Assembly: GCA_002862085.1 (NCBI GenBank)
Contig: PKCK01000075.1
Span: forward strand, 1,533-65,532
Length of the DNA: 64,000 bases
Reading direction: 5' to 3'
Source: Planctomycetota bacterium
Lineage (GTDB): Bacteria > Planctomycetota > UBA1135 > GCA-002686595
In this document: positions 10,531 to 24,877 of the stretch, piece after piece
Position numbering within the stretch: the first letter of the stretch is position 1
Layout: every line of letters starts with the position of its first letter
Notes under the pieces: generated by a model
The model's database searches: none
What the model saw: the letters and a program-made list of their open reading frames with translations, nothing else
What the model was told of the DNA's origin: nothing
Position numbers and translations under genes: made by a program

Positions 10531-10956
10531 ATGGCCAAGGAACTCACAGGCAAGATCAAACTGCAGTGCCCCGCCGGGCAGGCGACCCCCGCGCCGCCCG
10601 TCGGACCGGCGCTCGGCGCACACGGCGTGAACATCGCCGAGTTCGTCAAGCAGTTCAACGATCGGACGCGCGACCAGATGGGGATGATCATCCCCGTCGA
10701 GATCAGCGTCTACAAGGACCGCTCGTTCGACTTCATCCTCAAGTCGCCGCCCGCGGCCGTGCTCCTCAAGAAGGCGGCCGGCGTCGAGAAGGGCGCCGGC
10801 GAGGTCGGGAGCGAGATCGTCGGCAAGGTCACCCGTGAGCAGGTCGAGGAGATCGCCAAGCTCAAGATGGCCGACCTCAACGCCCGCGACCTCGATCAGG
10901 CCTGCCGCATCATCGAGGGCACCGCCCGCTCCTCCGGCATCCAGGTGGAGGGCTGA
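10531..10956 (+). CDS. rplK: 50S ribosomal protein L11
   Basis: [15 protein letters not shown]; [11 protein letters not shown]. Confidence 0.98.
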   Translation: MAKELTGKIKLQCPAGQATPAPPVGPALGAHGVNIAEFVKQFNDRTRDQMGMIIPVEISVYKDRSFDFILKSPPAAVLLKKAAGVEKGAGEVGSEIVGKVTREQVEEIAKLKMADLNARDLDQACRIIEGTARSSGIQVEG

Positions 10957-10960
10957 TCCC

Positions 10961-11647
10961 ATGGCCAAGCAGAGCAAGCGCTACCGCGAAGCCGCGGCGC
11001 GAATCGACCGCAACACCAACTACGACGCCAGCGAGGCCTTCGAACTCCTGAAGAGCCTCCCCGCGCCGAAGTTCGACGAGACCGTGGAGGTCGCGATCCG
11101 GCTGGGCATCGACCCGCGCAAGACGGATCAGCTGGTCCGCGGCGCGGTCTCCCTCCCGAAGGGCCTCGGCAAGACCGTCAAGGTCGTCGTGTTCGCCGAG
11201 GGTGACAAGGCCGAGGCCGCCAAGGCCGCCGGCGCCGACGAGGTCGGGTCCGACGAACTCGCCGCGAAGATCCAGGGCGGCTGGATGGACTTCGACATCG
11301 TCATCGCGAGCCCCGACATGATGAAGCACGTCGGCAAGCTCGGTAAGGTCCTCGGCCCCCAGGGCAAGATGCCCTCGCCGAAGTCCGGCACCGTGACGCC
11401 GAACGTCGCGCAGGCCGTCGAGGAGTTCAAGGCGGGCAAGGTCGAGTTCCGCACCGACGCGGGCGGCAACGTGCACGCTCCCCTCGGCAAGCGCAGCTTC
11501 CCGACGGAGGACCTCGTCGCCAACTTCCAGGCGTTCCTCGGGCACCTGTCCGGAATGCGTCCCTCCGCCGTCAAGGGCACCTTCGTCCGGCGCGTCAGCG
11601 TCTCGACGACCATGGGTCCCGGCGCCTTCATCGAGTACGGAGGCTGA
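10961..11647 (+). CDS. rplA: 50S ribosomal protein L1
   Basis: KFDETVEVAIRLGIDPRK; LGPQGKMPSPKSGTV; STTMGPG. The real ATG is at 10961. Confidence 0.98.
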   Translation: MAKQSKRYREAAARIDRNTNYDASEAFELLKSLPAPKFDETVEVAIRLGIDPRKTDQLVRGAVSLPKGLGKTVKVVVFAEGDKAEAAKAAGADEVGSDELAAKIQGGWMDFDIVIASPDMMKHVGKLGKVLGPQGKMPSPKSGTVTPNVAQAVEEFKAGKVEFRTDAGGNVHAPLGKRSFPTEDLVANFQAFLGHLSGMRPSAVKGTFVRRVSVSTTMGPGAFIEYGG

Positions 11648-11651
11648 TCCG

Positions 11652-12188
11652 ATGCCGAACATCGTCAATCGCATGGTCACGGCCGAGCTCGAGCACGAGT
11701 TCGCCGACGCCGAGGGCATGGTCCTCGTCTCCTACTCCGGTCTGGAGACCGAGGAGAACGAGGCGCTTCGCGGCAAGCTCGCCGAGAAGAACGTGCGCTT
11801 CCGCATGGTCCGGAACTCGCTCGCCAAGCGGGTCCTCGCGGCCAAGGGCTACGAGTTCCCCGAGGCCGACGCGCTCAAGGGCAACACCGGGATCGCCTAC
11901 GGCGACACCGAGGCGGCCATCGACGCGGCCAAGATCTTCACCGACAAGGAGGTGAAGAAGGGCGGCAAGGTCGCGCTCAAGGGCGCCGTCCTCGACGGTG
12001 AGGCCCTCGACGCGAGCGGCGCGAAGGCGCTGGCCGACCTGCCCGATCGCGACACCCTCCACGCCCAGCTCCTCGGCGTGATCGCCGGCCCGGCGCGCAG
12101 TCTGGCCACGGTCATCAACGCCGTCCCGAGCGGCGTCGCCCGGGTCATCCAGGCCCACGTCGACGAGGAGGGCGGCGGCGAGGGCTGA
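11652..12188 (+). CDS. rplJ: 50S ribosomal protein L10
   Basis: LRGKL...VRNSLAKR...LADLPDRDTLHAQLLG; position between rplA and rplL. Confidence 0.96.
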   Translation: MPNIVNRMVTAELEHEFADAEGMVLVSYSGLETEENEALRGKLAEKNVRFRMVRNSLAKRVLAAKGYEFPEADALKGNTGIAYGDTEAAIDAAKIFTDKEVKKGGKVALKGAVLDGEALDASGAKALADLPDRDTLHAQLLGVIAGPARSLATVINAVPSGVARVIQAHVDEEGGGEG

Positions 12189-12293
12189 GCCCGGACCGCG
12201 TCCCCACACCATCCATTCAGTCGCGGAGGCCCATCGGGCCCCGCGTCACCCCCGAGAGACCACCAACAACTTCCTCCCCAGGAACCCAATCCG

Positions 12294-12704
12294 ATGTCCG
12301 AAGAAACCACGACCGTCGAGCTCGAGCCCGAGCTTCAGACCATCGCTGATCAACTGGACGGCCTGACCCTTCTTCAGGCTTCCAAGCTCGTCAAGGCCCT
12401 CGAGGACAAGTGGGGCGTCAGCGCCGCTGCTCCCGCGGGTGGCGTCATGATGGCCGCCCCCGGCGCCGGTGGCGGCGAAGATGCCGAGGAGAAGACCTCC
12501 TTCAACGTGATCCTCGAGGCCGCCGGCGGCCAGAAGATCCAGGTCATCAAGGAGGTCCGCGCGATCACCGGTCTCGGCCTCAAGGAGGCCAAGGAGATCG
12601 TCGACGGCGCTCCCAAGGCCGTGAAGGAAGGCGTCTCCAAGGAAGAGGCCGAGGAGATGCAGAAGGCGCTCGAGGGCGCCGGCGCGACGGTCAAGCTGGA
12701 CTGA
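12294..12704 (+). CDS. rplL: 50S ribosomal protein L7/L12
   Basis: [11 protein letters not shown]; [24 protein letters not shown]. Confidence 0.98.
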   Translation: MSEETTTVELEPELQTIADQLDGLTLLQASKLVKALEDKWGVSAAAPAGGVMMAAPGAGGGEDAEEKTSFNVILEAAGGQKIQVIKEVRAITGLGLKEAKEIVDGAPKAVKEGVSKEEAEEMQKALEGAGATVKLD

Positions 12705-13086
12705 TCGGGCGGGCGCCTGGAGGCACGCGCGGCGCGGCGATCTCGGTCGCCGCTCCGCTCGACCGCGGCCGCGGTCGGCGCGTGGCGACAGGTGCTCCCA
12801 TGCCGATCCGGGCGTATCGCCCGGGCGGCTGCCCGTCCTGGCGTCCTGTGCGCCGGGTCGTCCACCGGCCTCGCGGGCCGTGGATCCCGGTGGGGCGTCT
12901 CCGGGTGGGGGGTCTTCCTCCCGCCGGGTCCGGTGCGGGCTCGTGCCCCGGCATCGCGTCCCCCCTCCGCGGATCCGGCGCCGTCCGTCGGAGCCGGCTC
13001 GGTCGTCGCCCCTCGAGGGTTCCCCCCGATGGGATCCGGAGAGGGCCCTGGCACCCGCCGGTGTGCAAATCAAGTGTCGGGCCCCT

Positions 13087-13114
13087 TTCGCAGGGGCCTG
13101 AGGCTGCCTATTCT
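13087..13114 (+). promoter_or_regulatory. possible sigma70 promoter upstream of rpoB
   Basis: TTCGCA (13087-13092), 16-nt spacer, TATTCT (13109-13114) in a locally less GC-rich patch. The -35 element overlaps a GGCCCCT-TTCGC-AGGGGCC hairpin. Confidence 0.35.
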
Positions 13115-13598
13115 CTTCGGGTCGTCTGGACTGCCTCCAATCGACCATCGGGCCTCTCTGCCCGTGGAATGACCGTCTCGGCTCCTCCTCCGCCTCCGTA
13201 TTCCCGCCGTTTCCGCGCCTCCGTCGAGGGGGGCGCGGTTGTCTTCGTTTCCACCTCGCGCGCAGCTCCGCGGTCCCTCCGCGGAGGCGGTTCGAGACCC
13301 TTCGCCTCCACCACGGCCTGAGCATGCCCGTCACGCGTCGCGTCCCGATCCCGGGGCCGGCGAGTCCGAGCCGCCGCGGCCAGCCCACCGATCCGGCGTC
13401 CCCCCAGCCGGCTCCCCGACGAGTGAGTCGCCGCGACCCCCAGGGTCCGTGACGCCTCCGAGAAGGACCCGCCAACGGTCCAGCGACAGCACCTCCAAGG
13501 TCCGCTCTCCGCGGGCCACCCCTCGGTCCCGGAGTGGCCGACGTCTGAGCCCGTGATCGCGGTCGGCGTCCCGCTCCACCGAACCCCACCCTCCCTCC

Positions 13599-16500
13599 AT
13601 GATCGTTGAACGCACCGGCCGCATGGTCGAGCAGTCGTCCGAGGTTCGTCACTTCGGCCGAGTCTCCGAGATCGTTCCGCTCCCCAATTTGGTGGAGATC
13701 CAGACGCGGGCTTTCGAGGCCTTCCTCGCGCCGGACATCGCGTCGGGGGCCCGTGAGGACCAGGGGCTCGAGGCCCTGCTCCGCGAGATCTTCCCGATCT
13801 ACTCGTACGACAAGACGATGTGCCTCGAGTACGTCGGCTACGAGCTCGGGCGTCCGCGCTACGACATCGACGAGTGCCGCAAGCTCCGCATGAGCTACGG
13901 CTACCCCTTCAAGGTGCGCCTCCGCCTGGTGAAGCCGGAGCCCATCGAGGAGGAGGTCTACCTCGGCGAGATCCCGATCATGCTCGGCGGCGGCGAATTC
14001 GTGATCAACGGCTCCGAGCGCGTGATCGTGAGCCAGCTCCACCGCTCCCCCGGCGTCGACTTCCTGATCGACGCCGCGGCCACGGATCGCACCCTGCACT
14101 CGTGCTGGATCATCCCGGAGCGCGGCTCCTGGGTCGAGCTCAACGTCACCAAGAAGGAGGCGCTCAGCGTCCGGATCGACCAGAGCGGCAAGTTCAGCGC
14201 GGTCACCTTCCTGCGGGCCCTCGACGAGACCCTCGGCACCGACCAGGCGCTGCTGCGGCAGTTCTACCCGACGAAGGTCGTCAAGAAGACCAAGTCGCAG
14301 ACCGCCAACGCCTTCGCGAAGAAGATCACCGACCGCATCGCGGTGGGGGACATCGTCGTCCTGAAGACCGGCGAGGTGCTCGTGCCCTCGGGCATGCCGA
14401 TCCCCGAGACCGCCGCCCTCGAGATCGCCGGCGGCGAGCTCGCCGAGGTGGAGATCGTCGACGCCGATCCCCAGGACCTCGACATGCTCATCATCAACTC
14501 GCTCCACGAGGAGCCGGGTGTGAAGAGCCACGAGGACGCGCTGATCAAGATCTACGGCCGCCTGCGCCCGGGCAACCCGCCGCAGATCGAGAAGGCCCGT
14601 GAGCTCTTCCACGAGAAGTTCTTCGACGTCCAGCGCTACCGCCTGGGCCGCGTCGGCCGCTTCCGCCTGAACCGCAAGTTCGACCAGACCATCGGTGAGG
14701 ACGTCCAGGTCCTCGAGCCCGAGGACATCGTCAACTCGGTCAAGTACATCCTCGAGCTCCGCGCGGGGACCGGCGAGATCGACGACATCGACAACCTGGG
14801 CAACCGCCGCGTGCGCACCATCGCCGAGCTGGCGGGCGAGGAGTTCCGCAAGGGCCTCCTCAAGCTCCGCCGCACGGCCCAGGAGCGCATGAACCTGGAG
14901 AACCCGGAGACGGTGTCCCCGCGGACGCTGATCAACTCCAAGACCTTCTCGAGCGCGGTCGACTACTTCTTCGGCCGCTCCGAGCTGAGCCAGGTCGTGG
15001 ACCAGGCGAACCCCCTCAGCCAGCTGACCCACGAGCGTCGCCTCTCGGCCCTCGGCCCGGGCGGCCTCAACCGCAAGCGCGCGGGCTTCGACGTCCGCGA
15101 CGTGCACCTGTCCCACTACGGCCGCCTCTGCCCGATCGAGACGCCGGAGGGCGCGAACATCGGGCTGATCTCGTCGCTCGCGCTCTACGCGACCCTCGAC
15201 GAGTACGGCTTCCTCACCACGCCCTACCGCAAGGTCGAGAAGGGGGTCATGACCGACAAGGTCGACTTCCTGCGGGCGGACGAGGAGTCCGGCAAGGTCA
15301 TGGCACCGATCGACGTCGAGGTCGACGCGAAGGGCAAGATCCTCTCGAAGCGCGTCCTGGCCCGTAAGGACGGGGACAACGTCGAGGTGCCGCCGAACCA
15401 GGTGGACTACGTGGACGTCTCGCCGAAGCAGATCATCGGCGTGTCCGCGGCGCTCATCCCGTTCCTCGAGCACGACGACGCGAACCGCGCGCTGATGGGC
15501 TCGAACATGCAGCGCCAGGCGGTGCCGCTCCTGATCCCCGAGGTGCCGATCGTCGGCACCGGCATGGAGAAGGCCGTGGCCCAGAACTCGAACATGCCGA
15601 TCTTCGCCAAGCGCGCCGGCACTGTCGAGTACGTGGACAGCCGGGTGATCATCGTCGGCGACGACGAGTACCACCAGCAGAAGTTCCGCGGCATGAACGA
15701 GCGCACGACCCAGAACCACCGCCCGGTGGTCGAGGTCGGTGACGAGGTCGTGGCCGGCCAGCTCCTCGCGGACGGCGCCTCCACCGAGGGCGGCGAGCTC
15801 GCGCTCGGCAAGAACCTCCTCGTGGCGTTCATGACCTGGGACGGCTTCAACTACGAGGACGCGATCCTCGTCTCGGAGCGCCTGGTGAAGGACGACGTCT
15901 TCACCTCGATCCACATCGAGGAGTACGAGGTCGAGATCCGCGAGACCAAGCTCGGCAAGGAGGAGTTCACCCGCGACATCCCCAACGTGGGGGAGAAGGC
16001 GCTGGCGAACCTCGACGAGGGCGGCATCGTGCGGATCGGCACCTTCGTCGAGGCGGGCGACGTGCTCGTCGGCAAGGTCGCGCCGAAGTCGAAGAGCGAG
16101 CTGACCCCGGAGGAGAAGCTGCTGCACGCGATCTTCGGCAAGGCCGGTGTCGACGTGAAGAACGCCTCGCTCACCATGCCCCCGGGGACCCGTGGCGTCG
16201 TCATCGACGCGCACAAGTTCTCGCGCCGCGTGAACCTGACCGACGCCGAGCGGACGAAGGCGCTCGGAGTCATCCGCGACGCGGAGAAGGAGTTCCTCCG
16301 CGCGCTGCGGACCTTCACCCGCACGCTCCTGGACGACGTCCAGACCACCCTCGACGTGGTGATCGACGACGACCTCACGGGCAAGCCCTTCGAGCTGGAC
16401 GACACGTCCACGTACGACGAGCTCAAGCGCGTGAAGATCCTCTGCCTGGCAGCCGCCGAGGAGTGCGAGACCAAGTCGAAGCGCGACAAGGCCCTCCAGC

Positions 16501-17336
16501 AGATCCACGAGTTCCAGAGCAAGATCGACAACAAGGAGGCGGAGAAGAACAAGATCGTCAACCGCCTCAGCCGCGGGGACGAGCTGCCCACGGGCGTGCT
16601 CGAGATGGTCAAGGTCTACGTCGCCACCAAGCGGAACCTCTCCGTCGGCGACAAGATGGCGGGCCGCCACGGCAACAAGGGTGTGATCAGCAAGATCTGC
16701 CCCCAGGAGGACATGCCGTACCTCGAGGACGGCACGCCGGTCGACATCGTCCTGAACCCGCTCGGCGTTCCGTCCCGCATGAACGTGGGCCAGATCCTCG
16801 AGACGCACCTGGGCATGGCCGCGGCCAAGCTCGACGTGCGCTGCGCTTGCCCGGCCTTCGACGGCGCCCCCGAGAAGGAGATCGAGGGTCTGCTCACCGA
16901 GGCCGAGATGCCGACCTCCGGCAAGTTCAAGCTCCACGACGGCCGCACCGGTGAGCCGTTCGAGCAGGACGTCACCGTGGGGGTCATGTACATGCTGAAG
17001 CTGCACCACCTCGTCGACGAGAAGGTGCACGCGCGGGCCACCGGCCCCTACAGCCTCATCACCCAGCAGCCCCTCGGCGGCAAGGCGCGCTTCGGCGGCC
17101 AGCGCTTCGGGGAGATGGAGGTGTGGGCCCTCGAGGCTTACGGCGCCGCGGCGATCCTGCAGGAGCAGCTCACCGTGAAGTCGGACGACGTCGACGGCCG
17201 CACCAAGATCTACGAGTCCATGGTCAAGGGTCTGAACATCCTCGAGCCCGGCACGCCGGTCTCCTTCGAGGTGCTCACCAACGAGATCCGCGGGCTCGGC
17301 CTCAACATGGAGCTCCACAAGAAAGCCGTCCTCTGA
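13599..17336 (+). CDS. rpoB: RNA polymerase beta subunit
   Basis: [37 protein letters not shown] and [17 protein letters not shown]. An alternative ATG lies at 13623. Confidence 0.99.
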   Translation: MIVERTGRMVEQSSEVRHFGRVSEIVPLPNLVEIQTRAFEAFLAPDIASGAREDQGLEALLREIFPIYSYDKTMCLEYVGYELGRPRYDIDECRKLRMSYGYPFKVRLRLVKPEPIEEEVYLGEIPIMLGGGEFVINGSERVIVSQLHRSPGVDFLIDAAATDRTLHSCWIIPERGSWVELNVTKKEALSVRIDQSGKFSAVTFLRALDETLGTDQALLRQFYPTKVVKKTKSQTANAFAKKITDRIAVGDIVVLKTGEVLVPSGMPIPETAALEIAGGELAEVEIVDADPQDLDMLIINSLHEEPGVKSHEDALIKIYGRLRPGNPPQIEKARELFHEKFFDVQRYRLGRVGRFRLNRKFDQTIGEDVQVLEPEDIVNSVKYILELRAGTGEIDDIDNLGNRRVRTIAELAGEEFRKGLLKLRRTAQERMNLENPETVSPRTLINSKTFSSAVDYFFGRSELSQVVDQANPLSQLTHERRLSALGPGGLNRKRAGFDVRDVHLSHYGRLCPIETPEGANIGLISSLALYATLDEYGFLTTPYRKVEKGVMTDKVDFLRADEESGKVMAPIDVEVDAKGKILSKRVLARKDGDNVEVPPNQVDYVDVSPKQIIGVSAALIPFLEHDDANRALMGSNMQRQAVPLLIPEVPIVGTGMEKAVAQNSNMPIFAKRAGTVEYVDSRVIIVGDDEYHQQKFRGMNERTTQNHRPVVEVGDEVVAGQLLADGASTEGGELALGKNLLVAFMTWDGFNYEDAILVSERLVKDDVFTSIHIEEYEVEIRETKLGKEEFTRDIPNVGEKALANLDEGGIVRIGTFVEAGDVLVGKVAPKSKSELTPEEKLLHAIFGKAGVDVKNASLTMPPGTRGVVIDAHKFSRRVNLTDAERTKALGVIRDAEKEFLRALRTFTRTLLDDVQTTLDVVIDDDLTGKPFELDDTSTYDELKRVKILCLAAAEECETKSKRDKALQQIHEFQSKIDNKEAEKNKIVNRLSRGDELPTGVLEMVKVYVATKRNLSVGDKMAGRHGNKGVISKICPQEDMPYLEDGTPVDIVLNPLGVPSRMNVGQILETHLGMAAAKLDVRCACPAFDGAPEKEIEGLLTEAEMPTSGKFKLHDGRTGEPFEQDVTVGVMYMLKLHHLVDEKVHARATGPYSLITQQPLGGKARFGGQRFGEMEVWALEAYGAAAILQEQLTVKSDDVDGRTKIYESMVKGLNILEPGTPVSFEVLTNEIRGLGLNMELHKKAVL

Positions 17337-17506
17337 CGGGCGATCTTCCACCGAGGGACATGTCCCGCGCTCATCGGGCGTGAGCGCGGGGACGTCCTCC
17401 TCCCAGCATCTCCAACGCACACCGGGGTCGCCCGTCCAGCGATCCCACCTCTCCGCCGGCAGGTCGCCGGCACCCGCGGCTCGCCGCGAACCAGGAGTCA
17501 GAACAG

Positions 17507-21850
<4,344 letters not shown>

Positions 21851-21875
21851 CACCCCCGGACCCGCCCCGGGGCCT

Positions 21876-21916
21876 GGCCAGCCTCTCCCTCCGCCTCGAG
21901 GAGGGCGAGGCTGGCC
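21876..21916 (+). terminator. GC-rich hairpin after rpoC (probable terminator, no U-tract)
   Basis: GGCCAGCCT...AGGCTGGCC arms enclosing an inner CCCTCC/GGAGGG pairing. Confidence 0.5.
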
Positions 21917-21933
21917 TTCGGACCCGTCCAGGG

Positions 21934-21961
21934 TTGACCCCAGGACCCCCCTCCGTACACT
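21934..21961 (+). promoter_or_regulatory. sigma70 promoter of rpsL-rpsG
   Basis: TTGACC (21934-21939), 16-nt spacer, TACACT (21956-21961). Confidence 0.7.
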
Positions 21962-22028
21962 TTTTCGCCGCTTCCCAGCCGGGCCCTCCGAACGGCCCGG
22001 GTGGGGGAGCGACCTCGAACAGAACGCG

Positions 22029-22403
22029 ATGCCGACCATCAACCAGCTCATTCGCAAGGGCCGCAAGACGCCGCTCAAGCGATCAAAGTCCCCCGTCCTG
22101 GACTCCTGCCCGCAGAAGCGCGGCGTGTGCCTCCAGGTGAAGACGCAGACCCCGAAGAAGCCGAACTCGGCGCTCCGGAAGATCGCGCGTGTTCGCCTGT
22201 CGAACGGCAAGGAGATCACCGCCTACATCCCCGGCGAGGGTCACAACCTCCAGGAACACTCCGTCGTGCTCGTTCGCGGCGGCCGCGTCCGTGACCTCCC
22301 CGGTGTGCGCTACCACATCCTCCGCGGCACCCTCGACACCTCCGGTGTCGACGGCCGCTCCCAGAGCCGCTCCAAGTACGGCTCGAAGCGCCCCAAGAAG
22401 TGA
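22029..22403 (+). CDS. rpsL: 30S ribosomal protein S12
   Basis: MPTINQL; [11 protein letters not shown]; [12 protein letters not shown]. Confidence 0.99.
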   Translation: MPTINQLIRKGRKTPLKRSKSPVLDSCPQKRGVCLQVKTQTPKKPNSALRKIARVRLSNGKEITAYIPGEGHNLQEHSVVLVRGGRVRDLPGVRYHILRGTLDTSGVDGRSQSRSKYGSKRPKK

Positions 22404-22579
22404 TTCGCCCCTCCTGATCCAGCCACACCCCCAGCCGGCTCGAGGCACCCGCGCTCCGCGCGTGCTCATCGCGTCACGCAGCCCGGAGCCCCAAGCGTCC
22501 GCAGTTCGGAACCTCCGCCACGCAGCGCCTCGCCGGCAACCCACTCGGCCCCAAGCGGCCGCCGCCAGAGAGCACCAAG

Positions 22580-23074
<495 letters not shown>

Positions 23075-23103
23075 TCGCCAGGGCGATCGCCCCGACCACC
23101 CTG

Positions 23104-23140
23104 GAGGGCTGGAACCCGCGCGCGGGTTGCAGCCCTCTTC
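23104..23140 (+). terminator. hairpin after rpsG (probable terminator)
   Basis: GAGGGCTG/CAGCCCTC arms enclosing AACCCGC/GCGGGTT, followed by TTC. Confidence 0.55.
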
Positions 23141-23306
23141 GCGTTCCACGCCGCCGCCGATGGAGCGCCCGACGCGCGCCTCGCGGTCCGGCGCGCGAGG
23201 GGGCAGGGCTGCTCGAGGGGGCTCGATCCCCGTCTCGGCGCTCCGCGGAGGCTTGTCCCGGACGTCGTTCGAATACGCTCGGGCGCACCGCGAACAGGCT
23301 CCCGTC

Positions 23307-23870
23307 ATGAATCCCGTCTTCGAACTCGATCGCTACACCATCCGCCGCAAGCTCCTGAAGGTCTTCGGGGCGAGCTTCCAGGTCTTCGACCCCGAGGGCC
23401 GCCAGGTGGCCTCCTGCGCGCAGAAGGCCTTCAAGCTGAAGGAGGACATCCGCGTCTTCGAGGACGAGGAGCGAACCAGACCGCTCCTCACCATCCAGGC
23501 GCGCCAGGTCATCGACTTCCACGCCTCCTACGACATCGTCGACGCGGTCGAGGGGGTCAAGGTCGGCGCGGCTCAGCGGGCGGGCGTGAAGTCCATCTTC
23601 CGGGATCACTGGCACGTGCTCGACGCGAACGATCAGCCCATCGCGGAGGTCGAAGAGGACAGCATGGGCATGGCCCTCGTCCGCCGCGTCCTGTTGAACC
23701 TGATCCCGCAGACCTTCCACCTCGACGGCGGCGCCACGTTCAAGCAGCGCTTCAACCCGGTGATCTACAAGCTCGACGTCAGCGTCGATCGCGACGCGAC
23801 CGTGGACCGACGGCTCCTGTTCGGCGTGGCCGTCCTGCTCGCGGCGATCGAGGGGCGTCAGGACAGCTGA
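23307..23870 (+). CDS. LURP-one/tubby C-terminal/scramblase-like protein
   Basis: YTIRRKLLKVFGASFQVFD...KAFKLKEDIRVF...GAAQRAGVKSIFRDHWHVLD; repeated beta-rich units typical of the family. ATG 23307. Confidence 0.65.
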   Translation: MNPVFELDRYTIRRKLLKVFGASFQVFDPEGRQVASCAQKAFKLKEDIRVFEDEERTRPLLTIQARQVIDFHASYDIVDAVEGVKVGAAQRAGVKSIFRDHWHVLDANDQPIAEVEEDSMGMALVRRVLLNLIPQTFHLDGGATFKQRFNPVIYKLDVSVDRDATVDRRLLFGVAVLLAAIEGRQDS

Positions 23871-23878
23871 GCCCGGGC

Positions 23879-24151
23879 GTGCACGACATCCTCACGAGCT
23901 GCGAGCACTGCGCGCACCGCTTCGAGGTCCCCAGGGCCGCGGCGGGGAGCCTGCAGAACTGCCCCTCGTGCGGGAAGGCCACGCGCGTCCCCGGCGAGTC
24001 CGATCCCGCCTGGGTCCCGTTCCAGCTCATCGTCGCGGCGCTCTGCGTCGCGGCGGGGGTCGTCGCGTCGCTCGGTTCCGGACCGGTGGCGGGCTTCGCG
24101 GTGGGGGGCGGTCTGCTGGCCGCTGCCCTCCTGCTGCGGGCGGCGCTCTGA
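23879..24151 (+). CDS. Zn-ribbon (CxxC...CxxC) small membrane protein
   Basis: CEHC and CPSC motifs followed by two hydrophobic helices; GTG start. Confidence 0.65.
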   Translation: MHDILTSCEHCAHRFEVPRAAAGSLQNCPSCGKATRVPGESDPAWVPFQLIVAALCVAAGVVASLGSGPVAGFAVGGGLLAAALLLRAAL

Positions 24152-24268
24152 TCCCGCTCGCCTGCCTGGAGTCGGACCCCCGCCGCCTCCGGCCCGCGAC
24201 GGCGGCGGGGGACCACGGACCGCGGAGGGCGCCTGCGGGTCGGCTCCGCGCTGTGGTCCAATGGTCCC

Positions 24269-24754
24269 ATGGAGCGCGCCAGCACGCCCCTCGACGTCCT
24301 CATCCTCCGCGACCCCAAGGAGTCGCCGCGGAAGTGCTCGCTCGTTCCGCTGCGCGGGACGCCGGGGATCGAGTTCGTGGCCTACGACCGCGAGCGGACC
24401 CTCGACGGGGCCGGACGCGTCCTGCTCGACCCGGCTGGAGATCCGATCACGGCTGCCGACGTGGGCAAGCCGCTCCTGGTCCTCGACTCCAGCTGGCGCC
24501 GGCTGCCGAAGCTGCGCGACGCCGTCATGGGGGATCCCGTGTCCAGGCGGCTTCCGCCGCTGCGCACCGCCTACCCCCGCAAGAGCCGCGACTTCGAGGA
24601 CCCGGCCGAAGGGCTCGCGTCCGTGGAGGCGCTCTACGCCGCCCTGCGATTGCTCGGCCACGACGGCATCGACCACCTGCTCGCGGACTACCGCTGGGCG
24701 GACGAGTTCCTCGAGATGAACGCCGAGGCGCTCGCGTCGCCGCCGGGCGCCTGA
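24269..24754 (+). CDS. Tsr3/DUF367-like aminocarboxypropyltransferase homolog
   Basis: ESPRKCSL, LDSSW, RRLPPLRTAYP, LASVEALYAAL and YRWADEFLEMN occur in the same order as the Tsr3 motifs (DPKxCS, D/ECSW, RxLPxLxAANP, LxxxEAxAAxL, FxWGxxFLxxN). Confidence 0.7.
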   Translation: MERASTPLDVLILRDPKESPRKCSLVPLRGTPGIEFVAYDRERTLDGAGRVLLDPAGDPITAADVGKPLLVLDSSWRRLPKLRDAVMGDPVSRRLPPLRTAYPRKSRDFEDPAEGLASVEALYAALRLLGHDGIDHLLADYRWADEFLEMNAEALASPPGA

Positions 24755-24877
24755 GCGTCGCGCGGACGCGCCGCGCCCGCGGCCCCGCTCGCCTTCAGGG
24801 CTCGCGAAGCGCCTCCGCCTCGCGCGGAGAGCGCACATCGGGGCACGGCCAGGGAGCTCCCGGCTAACCTGCTCTCC

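Noticed and set aside
13049-13068. TGGCAC...TGCA upstream of rpoB resembling a sigma-54 promoter
   Set aside because: The GG-to-GC spacing is 3 nt too long, and sigma-54 spacing is strict.
24257-24268. TCCAAT 6 nt before the Tsr3-like ATG as another leaderless promoter
   Set aside because: It lacks the conserved A at the second position of the -10 box, so it was not counted among the TANNNT cases.
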